From an uncultured Bacilli bacterium (GTDB taxonomy: Bacteria > Bacillota_I > Bacilli_A > RF39 > UBA660): 64,000 nucleotides of DNA. Below are positions 36,373 through 47,125 of the stretch, in pieces (the first letter of the stretch is position 1; every line of letters begins with the position of its first letter). The DNA is taken from positions 64,726 to 128,725 of the forward strand of contig CAKOWI010000001.1 of NCBI GenBank assembly GCA_934122275.1, given 5' to 3'. The notes under the pieces are model-generated. The model saw only the letters and a list, made by a program, of their open reading frames with translations, had not been told where the DNA came from and ran no database searches. Made by a program: the position numbers and the translations under genes.

Positions 36373-38514
36373 CTATCTTTTAATCTCTACTAATTCATAA
36401 GCTTCTATTATGTCTTTTTCTTTAATATCACCATAGTTTTCTAACGTAATACCACATTCAAAACCAGATTTAACTTCCTTTACACTATCTTTTTCTCTTT
36501 GAATTGAATTAATATTTCCATCATATATAACTATACCGTCTCTTATTACTCTTGCCTTTGAATTAGATTTAATTATACCACTTAGTACATAGCATCCAGC
36601 AATATTTCCTGTTTTAGAAAACTTATAGATTTTTCTTATTTCTGCCTGTCCTAAAACCTTTTCTTCATATTCAGGGTCAAGCATTCCTTTCATAGCAGCT
36701 TCCATTTCTTCAACTACTTTATATATAATATTGTGAAGTCTAACTTCAACTCCATATTCTTTCGCTACATCTAAAATTTTAGCTGTTGGTCTTACGTTAA
36801 AACCTATTATTATTGCATTAGAAGCATTAGCTAAAACTATGTCACTTTCTGTAATTGTACCAACGCCACTTCTTATAATATTAAGTTTACATCCCTCAAC
36901 ATCAATTTTTGATAAAGTATTTTTAACAGCTTCTTCACTACCTTTAACATCCGTTTTTAATACTATATTTATCTCTTTTAGTCCCTCTGAAATTTTTCCA
37001 AACAAATCATCCAAACTAATTGAAGCTGATGCTTTATTAGATTTTAATTTAGCTGCTAAACTTCTTTCTTCAGCTACACTATGTGCTTTCTTTTCTGATT
37101 CAAAAGCCATAAACTTATCACCTGCAGTTGGAACACCTGAAATACCGGTTACTTCAGCAGGCATTGATGGAAGTGCAAACGTAATTTCTTCTCCTAAATC
37201 ATTTCTTAGTGTTCTAACCTTTCCAAAGAACTCACCAACAACTATTGGATCACCTAATCTTAAAGTACCATTTTGAACTAATAAAGTAACAACAGATCCT
37301 ACATTCTTATCTAGCTTAGACTCAATTACAGAGCCTAATGCGTAACGTTTAGGATTTGCCTTTAAACCCTCCATCTCTGCTAATAAAAGAAGATTATCAA
37401 GCAGGTTATCTATACCTTCATGAGTCTTAGCAGATATATTTACAAATAAAGTATCTCCTCCCCAAGTATCTGGTGTAAGTCCCCTTTCACTCATTTCCCT
37501 CATTACTCTTTCAGGATTAGCTCCAGGTTTATCTATTTTGTTTACAGCTACTATAATTGGAACTTTAGCTGCTTTAGCATGATCTATAGCTTCTATGGTT
37601 TGTGGCATAACACCATCATCAGCTGCTACTATAATTATTACTATATCAGTAACTGATGCACCACGAGCTCTCATTTCAGTAAATGCAGCATGTCCTGGAG
37701 TATCTATAAAAGTTATTTTTTTATTCTTATAACTTACTTGATAAGCACCAATATGCTGAGTTATACCGCCAAATTCTCCATCAACCACACTACTTTTTCT
37801 AATTGCATCAAGTAAAGAAGTTTTTCCATGATCAACATGTCCCATTATAGTTACAACAGGTGGTCTTTCTTCTAGATCTTCTTCATTATCTACAACCTCA
37901 AAAGTCTCAAAGTTTGCTATATTAGTCTGTTCTTCCCTTTTTAATGTTTTATTATAATCCAAAGCAACAACAGAAGCATCATCAAATGATATGGAAGCAT
38001 TCATATTTGTCATTATACCAAGTAACATAAGCTTTTTAATTAATTCAGAAACTGGAACTTTTAATTCATTAGCCAATTCCTTAATTGTCATTCCATCTTT
38101 ATAAACTATTACATTAGTATCCTCACTTGTATCATTTGATACTAACTTTTCCTTACTTTTATACATTGCCTTTTTAGCACTCTTTAAATCTTTTTCTTTA
38201 TTATTCTTTTTTGCCTTTTTCTTTATTTTAGAAGAATCATTAGAAGTATGTTTTTTATCAACTAATGTATCCACTACTTCATCATAATAATCATCTAAAT
38301 CCATTTTCTTAATTATTTCTTCGTCAACTTCATTTTCACTAACAGATTCTTCTTCACTTGAAAAAGCATTATCTAATTCTACTATTGAATCATCATCCAA
38401 AAGATCATCTTCACCGTTAACTTGAATTTTTAAGCTTTCACATTTTTTTAAAACTTCATCCACGCTTAAATTCATATCATTTGCGTACTCTAAAACACTC
38501 ATCATGATACCCAC
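36373..38514 (-). CDS. infB: translation initiation factor IF-2
   Basis: 713 aa with the G-domain [19 protein letters not shown] and NKID. Confidence 0.95.
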   Translation of the reverse strand: MGIMMSVLEYANDMNLSVDEVLKKCESLKIQVNGEDDLLDDDSIVELDNAFSSEEESVSENEVDEEIIKKMDLDDYYDEVVDTLVDKKHTSNDSSKIKKKAKKNNKEKDLKSAKKAMYKSKEKLVSNDTSEDTNVIVYKDGMTIKELANELKVPVSELIKKLMLLGIMTNMNASISFDDASVVALDYNKTLKREEQTNIANFETFEVVDNEEDLEERPPVVTIMGHVDHGKTSLLDAIRKSSVVDGEFGGITQHIGAYQVSYKNKKITFIDTPGHAAFTEMRARGASVTDIVIIIVAADDGVMPQTIEAIDHAKAAKVPIIVAVNKIDKPGANPERVMREMSERGLTPDTWGGDTLFVNISAKTHEGIDNLLDNLLLLAEMEGLKANPKRYALGSVIESKLDKNVGSVVTLLVQNGTLRLGDPIVVGEFFGKVRTLRNDLGEEITFALPSMPAEVTGISGVPTAGDKFMAFESEKKAHSVAEERSLAAKLKSNKASASISLDDLFGKISEGLKEINIVLKTDVKGSEEAVKNTLSKIDVEGCKLNIIRSGVGTITESDIVLANASNAIIIGFNVRPTAKILDVAKEYGVEVRLHNIIYKVVEEMEAAMKGMLDPEYEEKVLGQAEIRKIYKFSKTGNIAGCYVLSGIIKSNSKARVIRDGIVIYDGNINSIQREKDSVKEVKSGFECGITLENYGDIKEKDIIEAYELVEIKR

Positions 38515-38523
38515 CTCTTTCTT

Positions 38524-38790
38524 TTATTTATTATTTGCTATCAATATAAGTTCATCATATATTTCCTGAGGTATTAAAACCTCCAAATGCCTTTCTAAAG
38601 CTTTTGTTTCCATAGCCTTTTTTATAACATTAACGTCTTTTTTTAAGTAGGCTCCTCTTCCATTTGCCTTACCAGTTAAATCTACAGAAACTTCTCCCTT
38701 ATTATTTCTAACTACCCTAATTAAATCTTTCTTTTCACATTTTTCTTTTGTAACTATGCAAGATCGCATAGGTATTTTTCTCTGTTTCAA
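38524..38790 (-). CDS. ylxR: YlxR/DUF448 RNA-binding protein
   Basis: 88 aa with PMRSCIVTKEK..K.DLIRVV and GRGAYL. Confidence 0.85.
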   Translation of the reverse strand: MKQRKIPMRSCIVTKEKCEKKDLIRVVRNNKGEVSVDLTGKANGRGAYLKKDVNVIKKAMETKALERHLEVLIPQEIYDELILIANNK

Positions 38791-38804
38791 TTATATCACC
38801 TCAT

Positions 38805-39896
38805 CTATGATAATGCGTTTGTTAAATCTATGTTTTCCTCTTTTATTTGTTCTTCAGTTTTAACATCTATTCTATAATGAGTAAGTCTAGCTGCTAACTT
38901 TACATTTTGACCTTTTCTTCCAATTGCTAGTGATAAATTATCGCCTTCTGCAACTGCTAAAGCCTCTTTCTTCTTTTCATCTAATATGTATACTTTTACA
39001 TTTTTAGCTGGAGATAAAGCGTTTTTTATAAATTGAATTGGGTCTTTATCATATTTAACAACATCAATTTTTTCACCATTTAACTCTTTAGTTATATTAT
39101 TTATTCTAGAACCTTTTTCACCAATACAAGCTCCAACTGCATCTATAGATTGATCTTCAGAATAAACAGCTATTTTGCTTCTTGATCCTGGATCTCTTGC
39201 TACACTGTATAGCATAACAGTTCCATCACTAAGTTCTGGTATTTCTTTTTCAAGTAGACGCTTAACAAAACCATAATGACTTCTAGAAAGTAATATCAAA
39301 GGGCTTTTACCAGTGTTATCAATTTTAGTGACATAAACCTTAATTGATGATCCCATGGCAAGACTTTCACCAGGAATTAATTCTTTTTTAGGTAAAACAC
39401 CATGCATTCTGCCTAAATCAACATAGTAATTAGTAGCATCTTCTCTTGATAAAGTACCTACTAATAACTCTCCTTCTTTATCCTCAAATTCAGACATTAT
39501 ACTTTGTCTTTCAGCTTCTCTTACCTTTTGCACTAATATTTGTTTAGCTGTCATAGTAGCTACTCTACAAAAATCTTTTAAAGATACTTCTTCTTCTATT
39601 GTTTCACCTGGTTTTATGTCAGGTACTATTTTTTTAGCATCTTCTAATAATATTTCTACTGAATCATCATCTTCATCATCACTTCCGTCACTATACTCTG
39701 TAACAACTTTTTGATATGAAAATCCTTTTATTTTTCCTGTAGTTTTATCAATTTCTATTCTTATATTAGGAAGACCAGTTTCTTTCGTATAAGCCTTTTG
39801 TAATGCTTGAGTCATTCCATCAAATATTACTTCTTCAGAAATATTCTTCTCTTCACATATATCCTTTAAAGCTTTTATAAATTCTTTATTATTCAT
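38805..39896 (-). CDS. nusA: transcription termination/antitermination factor NusA
   Basis: 363 aa with the NusA N-terminal domain, S1 and two KH domains (GACIGEKGSRI, AIGRKGQNVKLA). Confidence 0.95.
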   Translation of the reverse strand: MNNKEFIKALKDICEEKNISEEVIFDGMTQALQKAYTKETGLPNIRIEIDKTTGKIKGFSYQKVVTEYSDGSDDEDDDSVEILLEDAKKIVPDIKPGETIEEEVSLKDFCRVATMTAKQILVQKVREAERQSIMSEFEDKEGELLVGTLSREDATNYYVDLGRMHGVLPKKELIPGESLAMGSSIKVYVTKIDNTGKSPLILLSRSHYGFVKRLLEKEIPELSDGTVMLYSVARDPGSRSKIAVYSEDQSIDAVGACIGEKGSRINNITKELNGEKIDVVKYDKDPIQFIKNALSPAKNVKVYILDEKKKEALAVAEGDNLSLAIGRKGQNVKLAARLTHYRIDVKTEEQIKEENIDLTNALS

Positions 39897-39897
39897 T

Positions 39898-40155
39898 CTA
39901 ATTACCTCCCTTTTCTAATGAACAAACATCAAGTACATAAGCATCTTCAAATTCATCTTCTATTTTGTCAACAATTGGATTAATTATACTAGTTGCCTTA
40001 ACACAAGTGTCAACATCAACAAAAGGTTCTTTATCAATTACTATTCTTAAATAATAAGTATTACCCTCTTTAACATATTCAACTTCACATAACTTAATAC
40101 CTTCATCTAAAAGAGGTTTTTCAATTAGTGATTTTACTTTTTCATTCATTACCAT
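39898..40155 (-). CDS. rimP: short RimP-like protein (N-terminal domain only)
   Basis: 85 aa in the canonical position before nusA. It has the N-terminal RimP fold pattern (L.EVEYVKEGNTYYLRIVID), but the ORF stops where the usual LEVSSPG motif and the Sm-like C-domain would follow. Confidence 0.55.
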   Translation of the reverse strand: MVMNEKVKSLIEKPLLDEGIKLCEVEYVKEGNTYYLRIVIDKEPFVDVDTCVKATSIINPIVDKIEDEFEDAYVLDVCSLEKGGN

Positions 40156-40343
40156 CTCTCCTTAATTATAAAGAGTAGGAAACTTCTCCTACTCTTTTTT
40201 CTCCTTCTCATCTACGTGTATTATAACATAAAACAAATATATTTCAATACACATTTATATTTTTTGCCATGCTTTTCTCTACTTTTATACAAAAATTCTA
40301 ATATTTGATAATAATACTACATTTTTTATAATAAACAACAAAA

Positions 40344-41108
40344 ATGTTTTCTTTTTATGTTATAATCAAAAATAGAGGTGATTTGGTGTTAGATGATATT
40401 ATAAAAAATATATATGACAAATATTTAAAGAATTGGGTTAAAAATAATTATAAGTATTTACTAACTATATTACTTTATGTTATGTATCAATGTGATTTTA
40501 TAATGAACTTGATAAATTTAACTAACATTAATTTAAGTGCACTACCAAGAATAGCTAGAATTTCAATTTTAATTATAAACTATCTTATATATGTGTTTGC
40601 AATGATTTTTATTTTTTGGAAAGATATAAAAAGATGTATCAAAGATTTAAAAAAAGATTTTTCATCTAAAGCACTACTAGGATTAAATTGTTGGATTATA
40701 GGATGTCTTGTTATGACAATTTCATCAGTTATAATTAGTTTAATAACAGGTAATAGCACATCTACTAATGAAGTTTTAGTAAGGCAAAACATTAAAGTTG
40801 CTCCTATATTTATGTTATTTTTATGTACTGTAGTAGCTCCTATATTAGAAGAAATGACATTTAGAAAAGCACTTTATGGTTTGATAAAAAATAAAGTAGT
40901 ATTCATAATCTCAAGTGGTGTTATATTTGGTCTACTACATATAGCTGGTAGTTATAGTGGTCCTTTGGATCTTCTTTATGTAATACCATATGGTGCAATG
41001 GGATGTTCATTTGCATTCTTACTTACACAAACCAATAACATCGTTTTACCAATAGGTATTCATATGATACACAATTTTATTTTAGTGTTATCCCAAATAT
41101 TGAGGTAA
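40344..41108 (+). CDS. CPBP-family intramembrane glutamic protease (CAAX-like)
   Basis: Motifs APILEEMTFRKALYG (EExxxR), FGLLH and HMIHN. The true start may be a few codons downstream (GAGGTG RBS near 40375). Confidence 0.8.
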   Translation: MFSFYVIIKNRGDLVLDDIIKNIYDKYLKNWVKNNYKYLLTILLYVMYQCDFIMNLINLTNINLSALPRIARISILIINYLIYVFAMIFIFWKDIKRCIKDLKKDFSSKALLGLNCWIIGCLVMTISSVIISLITGNSTSTNEVLVRQNIKVAPIFMLFLCTVVAPILEEMTFRKALYGLIKNKVVFIISSGVIFGLLHIAGSYSGPLDLLYVIPYGAMGCSFAFLLTQTNNIVLPIGIHMIHNFILVLSQILR

Positions 41109-41112
41109 TAAT

Positions 41113-41946
41113 ATGAGTGAAAAAACAGAAAATACTTCAGTTAAAACTGTAAGAAAATTAAAGTTTAAATTTAAAGTTATATTATTTTTAGCATTTGTTG
41201 TTATATATTCCTTTTTTATAGGAACTAAGGGTATTTTTATAATTGATTATCCAGTAAAAGACAAAAACATAAATAATGATTTAAATGGTGTAAAAATACT
41301 TCAATTTTCTGATATACATTATGGATATGGTAAAAATAAGAGTGATGTAAAAAAGATAATTAAAAAAATAAATGATGCTAAAGCCGACATTGTAATATTT
41401 TCAGGTGACTTAATTAGTAATAAATACAGTATTAATTCTGATGAAGAAAAATTCCTATCTAATGAACTTAGCAAAATTAAAGCAACCTATGGAAAATATT
41501 TTATAAGTGGCGAAGAAGACTTCGAAAATGCAAAAAATATCTTTACAAATTCTAATTTTATTAATTTAAATGATAGCAATGAGATAATATACATTAATAA
41601 GTCATCAATTTTACTATCAGGTGGTAAGGATTTAGATAATTTCTTTAAGGATAATACCGATAATTTGCCAAATTATAAAATGTTGGTTCTTCATGACCCT
41701 AACGATATTGATAATTTTCTAAAATATAATTTTGAAATGGCAATGGCTGGTCATACTCATAATGGACAAATAAATATTCCAAAGTTAAATGAATTATTTA
41801 TAAAAGGAAAATATAAAAATGATTATCAAAAAGTTAATAACACAAAATTATTTATAAATCCTGGAATTGGTAATAAGGTAATTAAAGCAAGATTGTTTAA
41901 TCATCCAACAATTTTCTTATATAGACTTGAAAAGACATCAAATTGA
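41113..41946 (+). CDS. membrane-anchored metallophosphoesterase (YkuE-like)
   Basis: 277 aa with an N-terminal TM and motifs FSDIHYG, SGDL and AGHTHNGQI. Confidence 0.8.
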   Translation: MSEKTENTSVKTVRKLKFKFKVILFLAFVVIYSFFIGTKGIFIIDYPVKDKNINNDLNGVKILQFSDIHYGYGKNKSDVKKIIKKINDAKADIVIFSGDLISNKYSINSDEEKFLSNELSKIKATYGKYFISGEEDFENAKNIFTNSNFINLNDSNEIIYINKSSILLSGGKDLDNFFKDNTDNLPNYKMLVLHDPNDIDNFLKYNFEMAMAGHTHNGQINIPKLNELFIKGKYKNDYQKVNNTKLFINPGIGNKVIKARLFNHPTIFLYRLEKTSN

Positions 41947-43149
41947 TGCCTTTTTTGTTGGAAGTATTATTTTAACGGTTGTTCCTTCATTCTTTTTCGA
42001 TTCATACTTCATTTTACCACCATGTCTTTCTACTATTTCTTTAGAAAAACAAACGCCTAATCCGGTACCATTTTTTTTAGTAGTATAAAATGGTGTTCCA
42101 ATCTTTTCTAACATTTCATCATCCATTCCGGAGCCATTATCAGAAATGGTAATAACATATTCAGTTTTATTGTTAATTGATTTTAGACTCACCCTTCCAC
42201 TTTCCTTTATTGATTCCTTTGCATTTTTAATAATATTAATTAAAACTTGTTTTAGTCTATTATAATCACCATTTATGTATACTTCATCATCTGATAAATC
42301 ATAATCAAATGCTATATTATTATTAAATATCATTTTAGTTTCATCACATACATCTTCTAGTAACATTTTTATGTCCATTTCATTTTTATCTATATTAAGT
42401 TTTGATACATCTTGAAAGTCCTTTAACAAAACAAGTGTTCTGTCTATTTCTTGATCTATTATGTTTATGTATTTATTAGCTTTACTAGTATTTCTTATAT
42501 CAAACATTTCTAAATATCCCTTACATACCGCTAACGGATTTTTTATTTCATGAGTAATTTTAAAAAGTGATTGGTAAAGTGTTTTTTCTTTAGTTATTTC
42601 TTCAAAAGATTGATACATATTTACTATTGACTCTAGCTTTTTATATAATACCGAAATAAGTTTGCATAAGAAATACATAAGAATTATATAAATTAATATA
42701 TAAGGATAATTTTCAAAATTAATTATTTCATCACTAAATAAAATAGACACAATTAAGCTAGCTATTACGTTTAATATTGCAAATACATTAATAAAGTCAT
42801 ATTTTAGGAAACGCCTAAATAAAATAGTTGCAAAATAAATAACTATTAATGCATATAAATTAATATTTAAATAATAAAATAATGAAAACGACAAAAATAC
42901 GGATAATATAATACTTGATATAAAATCCTTTTTTAAAAGAGAAAATACAAATAATATGTTAAGTATTGCAATTAAATATATATCTATACTTCCAAATTTC
43001 AAACATAAGTATAAACTAGATAATAGAGAAAGTAGGAAAAAAATGTTTTTTTCTTTTTCATATGTCACTTTATTATATATTAAGTATACGTAATAGCATA
43101 GTAATGGAACAAATAAATAAATCAAATTCAAAAAAATAGATGTAATCAT
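41938..43149 (-). CDS. orphan polytopic sensor histidine kinase
   Basis: 403 aa with about 5-6 N-terminal TM helices, H-box THEIKNPLAV, N-box NAKES and G-box GTGLGV. No adjacent response regulator. Confidence 0.8.
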   Translation of the reverse strand: MITSIFLNLIYLFVPLLCYYVYLIYNKVTYEKEKNIFFLLSLLSSLYLCLKFGSIDIYLIAILNILFVFSLLKKDFISSIILSVFLSFSLFYYLNINLYALIVIYFATILFRRFLKYDFINVFAILNVIASLIVSILFSDEIINFENYPYILIYIILMYFLCKLISVLYKKLESIVNMYQSFEEITKEKTLYQSLFKITHEIKNPLAVCKGYLEMFDIRNTSKANKYINIIDQEIDRTLVLLKDFQDVSKLNIDKNEMDIKMLLEDVCDETKMIFNNNIAFDYDLSDDEVYINGDYNRLKQVLINIIKNAKESIKESGRVSLKSINNKTEYVITISDNGSGMDDEMLEKIGTPFYTTKKNGTGLGVCFSKEIVERHGGKMKYESKKNEGTTVKIILPTKKASI

Positions 43150-43243
43150 ATAATCTTCCCTTCTTCATGAGAGAATTATATAATGCCATCTATGTAGAAA
43201 TTTGTCGAACAATGTAATTTTAAATAAAAAAATGTAACTTTTT

Positions 43244-43555
43244 CTATGAATTTAGCTCTTCTATACACTTTTTTAGCTTTTTTGCATCATCTTCGAATAT
43301 TATTTTTAAAGTATTATCAATCTCAACTATTCCTTTTGCGCCTAGTTTTTGTATTCCTTCTTTATCAGCTTTAGAAACGTCCTTTAATGTCACTTTAAAC
43401 CTAGATACACTAACTTCCATGTTTGTTATATTTTTAATGCCACCTAAATACTCAACTAATTTATTAGCTTCATATTTAAAATCTGGCTTATTCGCTTTGA
43501 TTACAACAAGTGCAATTAAAATAAGCACTATACCTATTATTATATACTTTGTCAT
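43244..43555 (-). CDS. membrane-anchored PTS EIIB-like domain protein lacking the phospho-Cys
   Basis: 103 aa. YLGGIKNITNMEVSVSRFKVTLKD aligns with the EIIB(Glc) signature alGG.eNI......C.TRLR..v.D, with Cys replaced by Ser. It has an N-terminal TM. Confidence 0.5.
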   Translation of the reverse strand: MTKYIIIGIVLILIALVVIKANKPDFKYEANKLVEYLGGIKNITNMEVSVSRFKVTLKDVSKADKEGIQKLGAKGIVEIDNTLKIIFEDDAKKLKKCIEELNS

Positions 43556-43706
43556 TTATATCACCTAACCTAATCAAAATTATATAACAAGTGAGAAAAA
43601 AAAGCAAGTAAGCAATTTTTTTCTTCAACAAAGGGCTTTTTTAATGGTACTATTTACTACTTTTAGAATAAGCTACTAGTGAAAAAGATAGAAAGGGTGA
43701 AATATT

Positions 43707-44114
43707 ATGTGTGATAATTCTAATTCTAGTTCAAAATGTAACTGCATCGCTGAAATATTAAAAGTTATAAACATTCTTCAAAGCGAAGTATGTCCTGGTG
43801 ATAGTTGCTTAGAAACTTGTACAAGAGCTTACTTCGGACCAAATTCATCAGTTGATTTTAATACAAGACCTGTAACATTATATACTTGTAGTGGTACAGC
43901 AATAAACATGCCAGTATCAAATAATCCAGGAGAAGAGACAACTTCAAATATATTCAGAGTTGAAAAAGTAGACGGATGCTGTGCAACACTTAGAGTATTA
44001 CTATACAACTCAGATACTAGTACCTATACTGCAACTAATTCATTCTTTACAGTAAATACAGATTGCTGCAGTTGCATAAAATGTTTAGCTGATACTTACG
44101 TTGAAGGTGTTTAA
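43707..44114 (+). CDS. CotY/CotZ-family cysteine-rich spore coat / exosporium protein
   Basis: 135 aa. IFRVEKVDGCCATLRVL matches the B. subtilis CotY/CotZ block FFRVEK..DCCATL.IL. It also has an N-terminal C.C..E.L..I...Q and a C-terminal CC.C..C. Confidence 0.75.
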   Translation: MCDNSNSSSKCNCIAEILKVINILQSEVCPGDSCLETCTRAYFGPNSSVDFNTRPVTLYTCSGTAINMPVSNNPGEETTSNIFRVEKVDGCCATLRVLLYNSDTSTYTATNSFFTVNTDCCSCIKCLADTYVEGV

Positions 44115-44135
44115 AAAGGCCACTTAATGTGGTCT

Positions 44136-44444
44136 TTATTTTATGTTATAAATATCGTTTAAATTAATCTTATTTCCTTCCAGAGTTATTAAATAGTCAT
44201 CTTTTATACCAATTACTTTTTCTTTTATATTTTCACCATTTTTGTACAGAATAGTAATATCAGCCTGATAAACAAAATTTGGGCTTTCAAAAATTTCATT
44301 CAATTTTTTTATAAGTTCAGTTATAGAAATCTTATCTATTTTATCCGGCATGCTAGTATTTTTATGAACATAAAACTCTTTTTGAACTGATGACTTTATT
44401 TTATCAATCTTATTTTTATATATTTCTGGAAATTTATCCTTCAT
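44136..44444 (-). CDS. hypothetical protein
   Basis: 102-aa ORF with no motif recognised. Confidence 0.4.
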   Translation of the reverse strand: MKDKFPEIYKNKIDKIKSSVQKEFYVHKNTSMPDKIDKISITELIKKLNEIFESPNFVYQADITILYKNGENIKEKVIGIKDDYLITLEGNKINLNDIYNIK

Positions 44445-44510
44445 ATAGATTCCTCCTACAAAATATATATATGATTATTATTATATTAAATACCGAATAG
44501 AGGTGAAAAA

Positions 44511-45614
44511 ATGAAAAAAATTAATTATGGTATTATTATTCCTATTTTTATCTTTTTTATAATAAGTATAATTTCAATTTATAGTACATCAATTAATTCG
44601 AGTAATATATTATCTAGGCAAGTAATCTACTATATAATTGGGTTTGGTATAATAATTTTATTTCAAAAAATAGATACCAAAAACATATTTAAATATACCA
44701 TCTTTTTTTATATATTGGGAAATATATTACTTTTGCTACTTCTATTCTTTGGAGAAGAAATAAACGGTTCAAAGTGTTGGTTTGTAATACCAAAAGTTGG
44801 ATCTTTTCAGCCAAGTGAATTTATGAAATTAATTCTTATAATTATGAATGCAAATATATTTGAAATGTATGATAGAAAAAACGAAAAAAGAAGTATAAAA
44901 ACAGATGTCAAGCTTTTCTTCACAATCATGATTATAACCTTAATACCATCAATTTTAACGTTTCTAGAACCTGATACTGGTGCTATTATAATATACTTTC
45001 TAATATCATTTGTAATGTTATTCTCATTTGGAATCAAAAACATTATTTTTATAGTAATCATTGTTATTTCTTCAATTTTATTAGCTGCGTTTTTTTATTT
45101 TTACTTTAACTATCAAACTAAATTTATAGATATTTTTGGAACATCATTCTTTTATAGAATTGATAGAATACTGGATTGGTCTAACAAAAGCGGAATGCAA
45201 CTTACTAATGCACTAGCATCAATTAAAGCAGCTCACCTATTTGGATTTGGTATAGGAAAAACTCCGATATACATACCAGAACGACATACTGATTTTATAT
45301 TTTCAATATATGCAAGTAATACTGGACTAATTGGAGTTATAGTTTTAATAGTTACTATTGCCATATTTGATGTTTGTATTCTTATAAAAGCAAATGAATT
45401 ATATGTTAAAAAATATAAATTTGTAATAATCGGTTTCTTTGCTATGTTGTTATATCAACAAATTCAAAATATTGGTATGAATATAGGACTTCTTCCTATA
45501 ACTGGAATTACACTACCCTTTATAAGTTATGGAGGTTCTTCTTTATTGTGTTACATGACAGGTATTGGTATTATTTTAGGTCTTGATAAAGCAAAAAAAT
45601 CAACTAAAGGATAG
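44511..45614 (+). CDS. FtsW/RodA/SpoVE-family protein (second paralog)
   Basis: 367 aa with QPSEFMKL, PDTGA and LPITGITLPFISYGGSS. Confidence 0.85.
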   Translation: MKKINYGIIIPIFIFFIISIISIYSTSINSSNILSRQVIYYIIGFGIIILFQKIDTKNIFKYTIFFYILGNILLLLLLFFGEEINGSKCWFVIPKVGSFQPSEFMKLILIIMNANIFEMYDRKNEKRSIKTDVKLFFTIMIITLIPSILTFLEPDTGAIIIYFLISFVMLFSFGIKNIIFIVIIVISSILLAAFFYFYFNYQTKFIDIFGTSFFYRIDRILDWSNKSGMQLTNALASIKAAHLFGFGIGKTPIYIPERHTDFIFSIYASNTGLIGVIVLIVTIAIFDVCILIKANELYVKKYKFVIIGFFAMLLYQQIQNIGMNIGLLPITGITLPFISYGGSSLLCYMTGIGIILGLDKAKKSTKG

Positions 45615-45860
45615 TTGATTTTGCAATTACAAAGTATTAGTAAAATCTATTTAGATTATTTTTCATTAGAATCCGTTAACTTAATTAATTAAGATACTAA
45701 TATTCATTAGTATCTGACTGTTTGAAATATCATTATTTATTGATTGCTTCAAATACAGACAATCGTTTTTGTAAATCAGAGCTTATCGATATTACGAGAA
45801 AAATAGACAATTTATAAAAAGTGTGCTTAATGATGTGTTTAAATAATATATGTATAATAA

Positions 45861-45882
45861 AAACCCTCAAAGGTAAGGGTTT
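45861..45882. terminator. hairpin terminator flanking the tRNA fragment
   Basis: AAACCCT / AGGGTTT stem with flanking A/T runs. This is the same tRNA-end-plus-terminator architecture seen at 17991-18030. Confidence 0.5.
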
Positions 45883-45893
45883 GCTTCTTAATA

Positions 45894-45917
45894 TGGTGAC
45901 GCGTATGGGATTTGAAC
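45894..45917 (-). repeat. orphan 24-nt tRNA 3' fragment = prophage attachment-site remnant
   Basis: The reverse complement GTTCAAATCCCATACGCGTCACCA is a T-loop half, acceptor 3' strand and CCA. The upstream sequence cannot complete a tRNA. Confidence 0.65.
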
Positions 45918-46094
45918 TATATATAATTTTAAAGTTTGTTGCTATATAAGGTTTTGCTGAATTTTTCTTTATTCTACAACGTTTTAATATAGTCTTAATG
46001 TCAATGTCACATTGTTTAAATCAATACTAGTTTGACATGAAACAAGACCAAAACAAGACCAAAGTTAAGAAAAAAACATTGACACAAAATTTAT

Positions 46095-46247
46095 TTAATT
46101 CTTTGCTGAAAACAAATACCAGCCATTAATTAAATATTCAATTCTATCATCATGAATAATGTAAGATACTCGTCTAATATCATTATTGTATTCTTTAAAG
46201 TATTTTTGAGCGAATTGTTTTAACTCTACTCTATTCATATTTTTCAT
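46095..46247 (-). CDS. small hypothetical phage protein (not in the ORF track)
   Basis: 50-aa ORF MKNMNRVELKQFAQKYF... with a strong RBS GAGGGGGG 7 nt upstream. Confidence 0.35.
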   Translation of the reverse strand: MKNMNRVELKQFAQKYFKEYNNDIRRVSYIIHDDRIEYLINGWYLFSAKN

Positions 46248-46338
46248 AATATCCCCCCTCAAGCGAATATAGTATCATACTTGATTGTAGAAATTTGTCG
46301 TAATATAAAAAAAGACCTGGAAATTAATCCAGGTTTTT

Positions 46339-47028
46339 TTAATATCTAAATCCGTATTCAACTAATTTTGCTAAAGTCTTAGGACCTGTACATCCATCTG
46401 CTACAAGTCCAGTTCTTCTTTGAAATTCTTTGATACTTGCAATTAAGTTTGGTCCATATAAGTTGCCTAAAGCCTTAACTGATGTATAACTTGGGAATGT
46501 CTTTCTCATGAATGAAGCTATCTTCCCTACATTAGTGTTATTGTCTCCACGTTTAAAGTAACCTCTAGCTGGCAAAAAGTTATTAGTACTAACTGGTGTA
46601 CTAGCTTCTGTATATGAATATTGTTCAGGATTAATATATTGTCCATTTGATAAATTTACTATAGATAAATGAAGGTGTATTCCTGTAGCTTTTCCACTCA
46701 TACCAGTATATCCTATCAGAGTACCTCTTGATACTGTTTGCCCTGCTTTACAATTAACACTAGATAAGTGATAGTGTAACATTTTAACATTTAATCTAGG
46801 ATATTTAATCCATACATATTTACCACCTAGCTTATCAGTACCAGCGCTTAATACAATCCCATTTTCAAGGGCATATTGAGGTATTTTAGCCCCATATGTT
46901 CCATAATCCGTTCCATTGTGAAATGAGCTCGTATTGCCTGCTTTTGTACTTATAATACGCCTCCAACCGAATGAACTTGTCACACAGTGTTTTGCATTAT
47001 TGAAAATTATATTAGTTATCTTGCTCAT
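46339..47028 (-). CDS. endolysin: M23 peptidase + C-terminal PG_binding_1 domain
   Basis: 229 aa with HNGTD (HxxxD) and GIHLHLS (HxH), and a C-terminus FQRRTGLVADGCTGPKTLAKL. Confidence 0.85.
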   Translation of the reverse strand: MSKITNIIFNNAKHCVTSSFGWRRIISTKAGNTSSFHNGTDYGTYGAKIPQYALENGIVLSAGTDKLGGKYVWIKYPRLNVKMLHYHLSSVNCKAGQTVSRGTLIGYTGMSGKATGIHLHLSIVNLSNGQYINPEQYSYTEASTPVSTNNFLPARGYFKRGDNNTNVGKIASFMRKTFPSYTSVKALGNLYGPNLIASIKEFQRRTGLVADGCTGPKTLAKLVEYGFRY

Positions 47029-47125
47029 CTACTGTCACCTCTTCTATATCTTCTGGAATTTCTGGAACTTCTCCATACATTTCTTTTAATTCCTCTTCTG
47101 TTAATTCTGTTTTAATTTCTTCCAT
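47012..47125 (-). CDS. small acidic lysis-module ORF (not in the track)
   Basis: 37 aa, MEEIKTELTEEELKEMYGEVPEIPEDIEEVTVDEQDN. Its start overlaps the holin stop (TAATG) and its end overlaps the endolysin start. Confidence 0.25.
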   Translation of the reverse strand: MEEIKTELTEEELKEMYGEVPEIPEDIEEVTVDEQDN

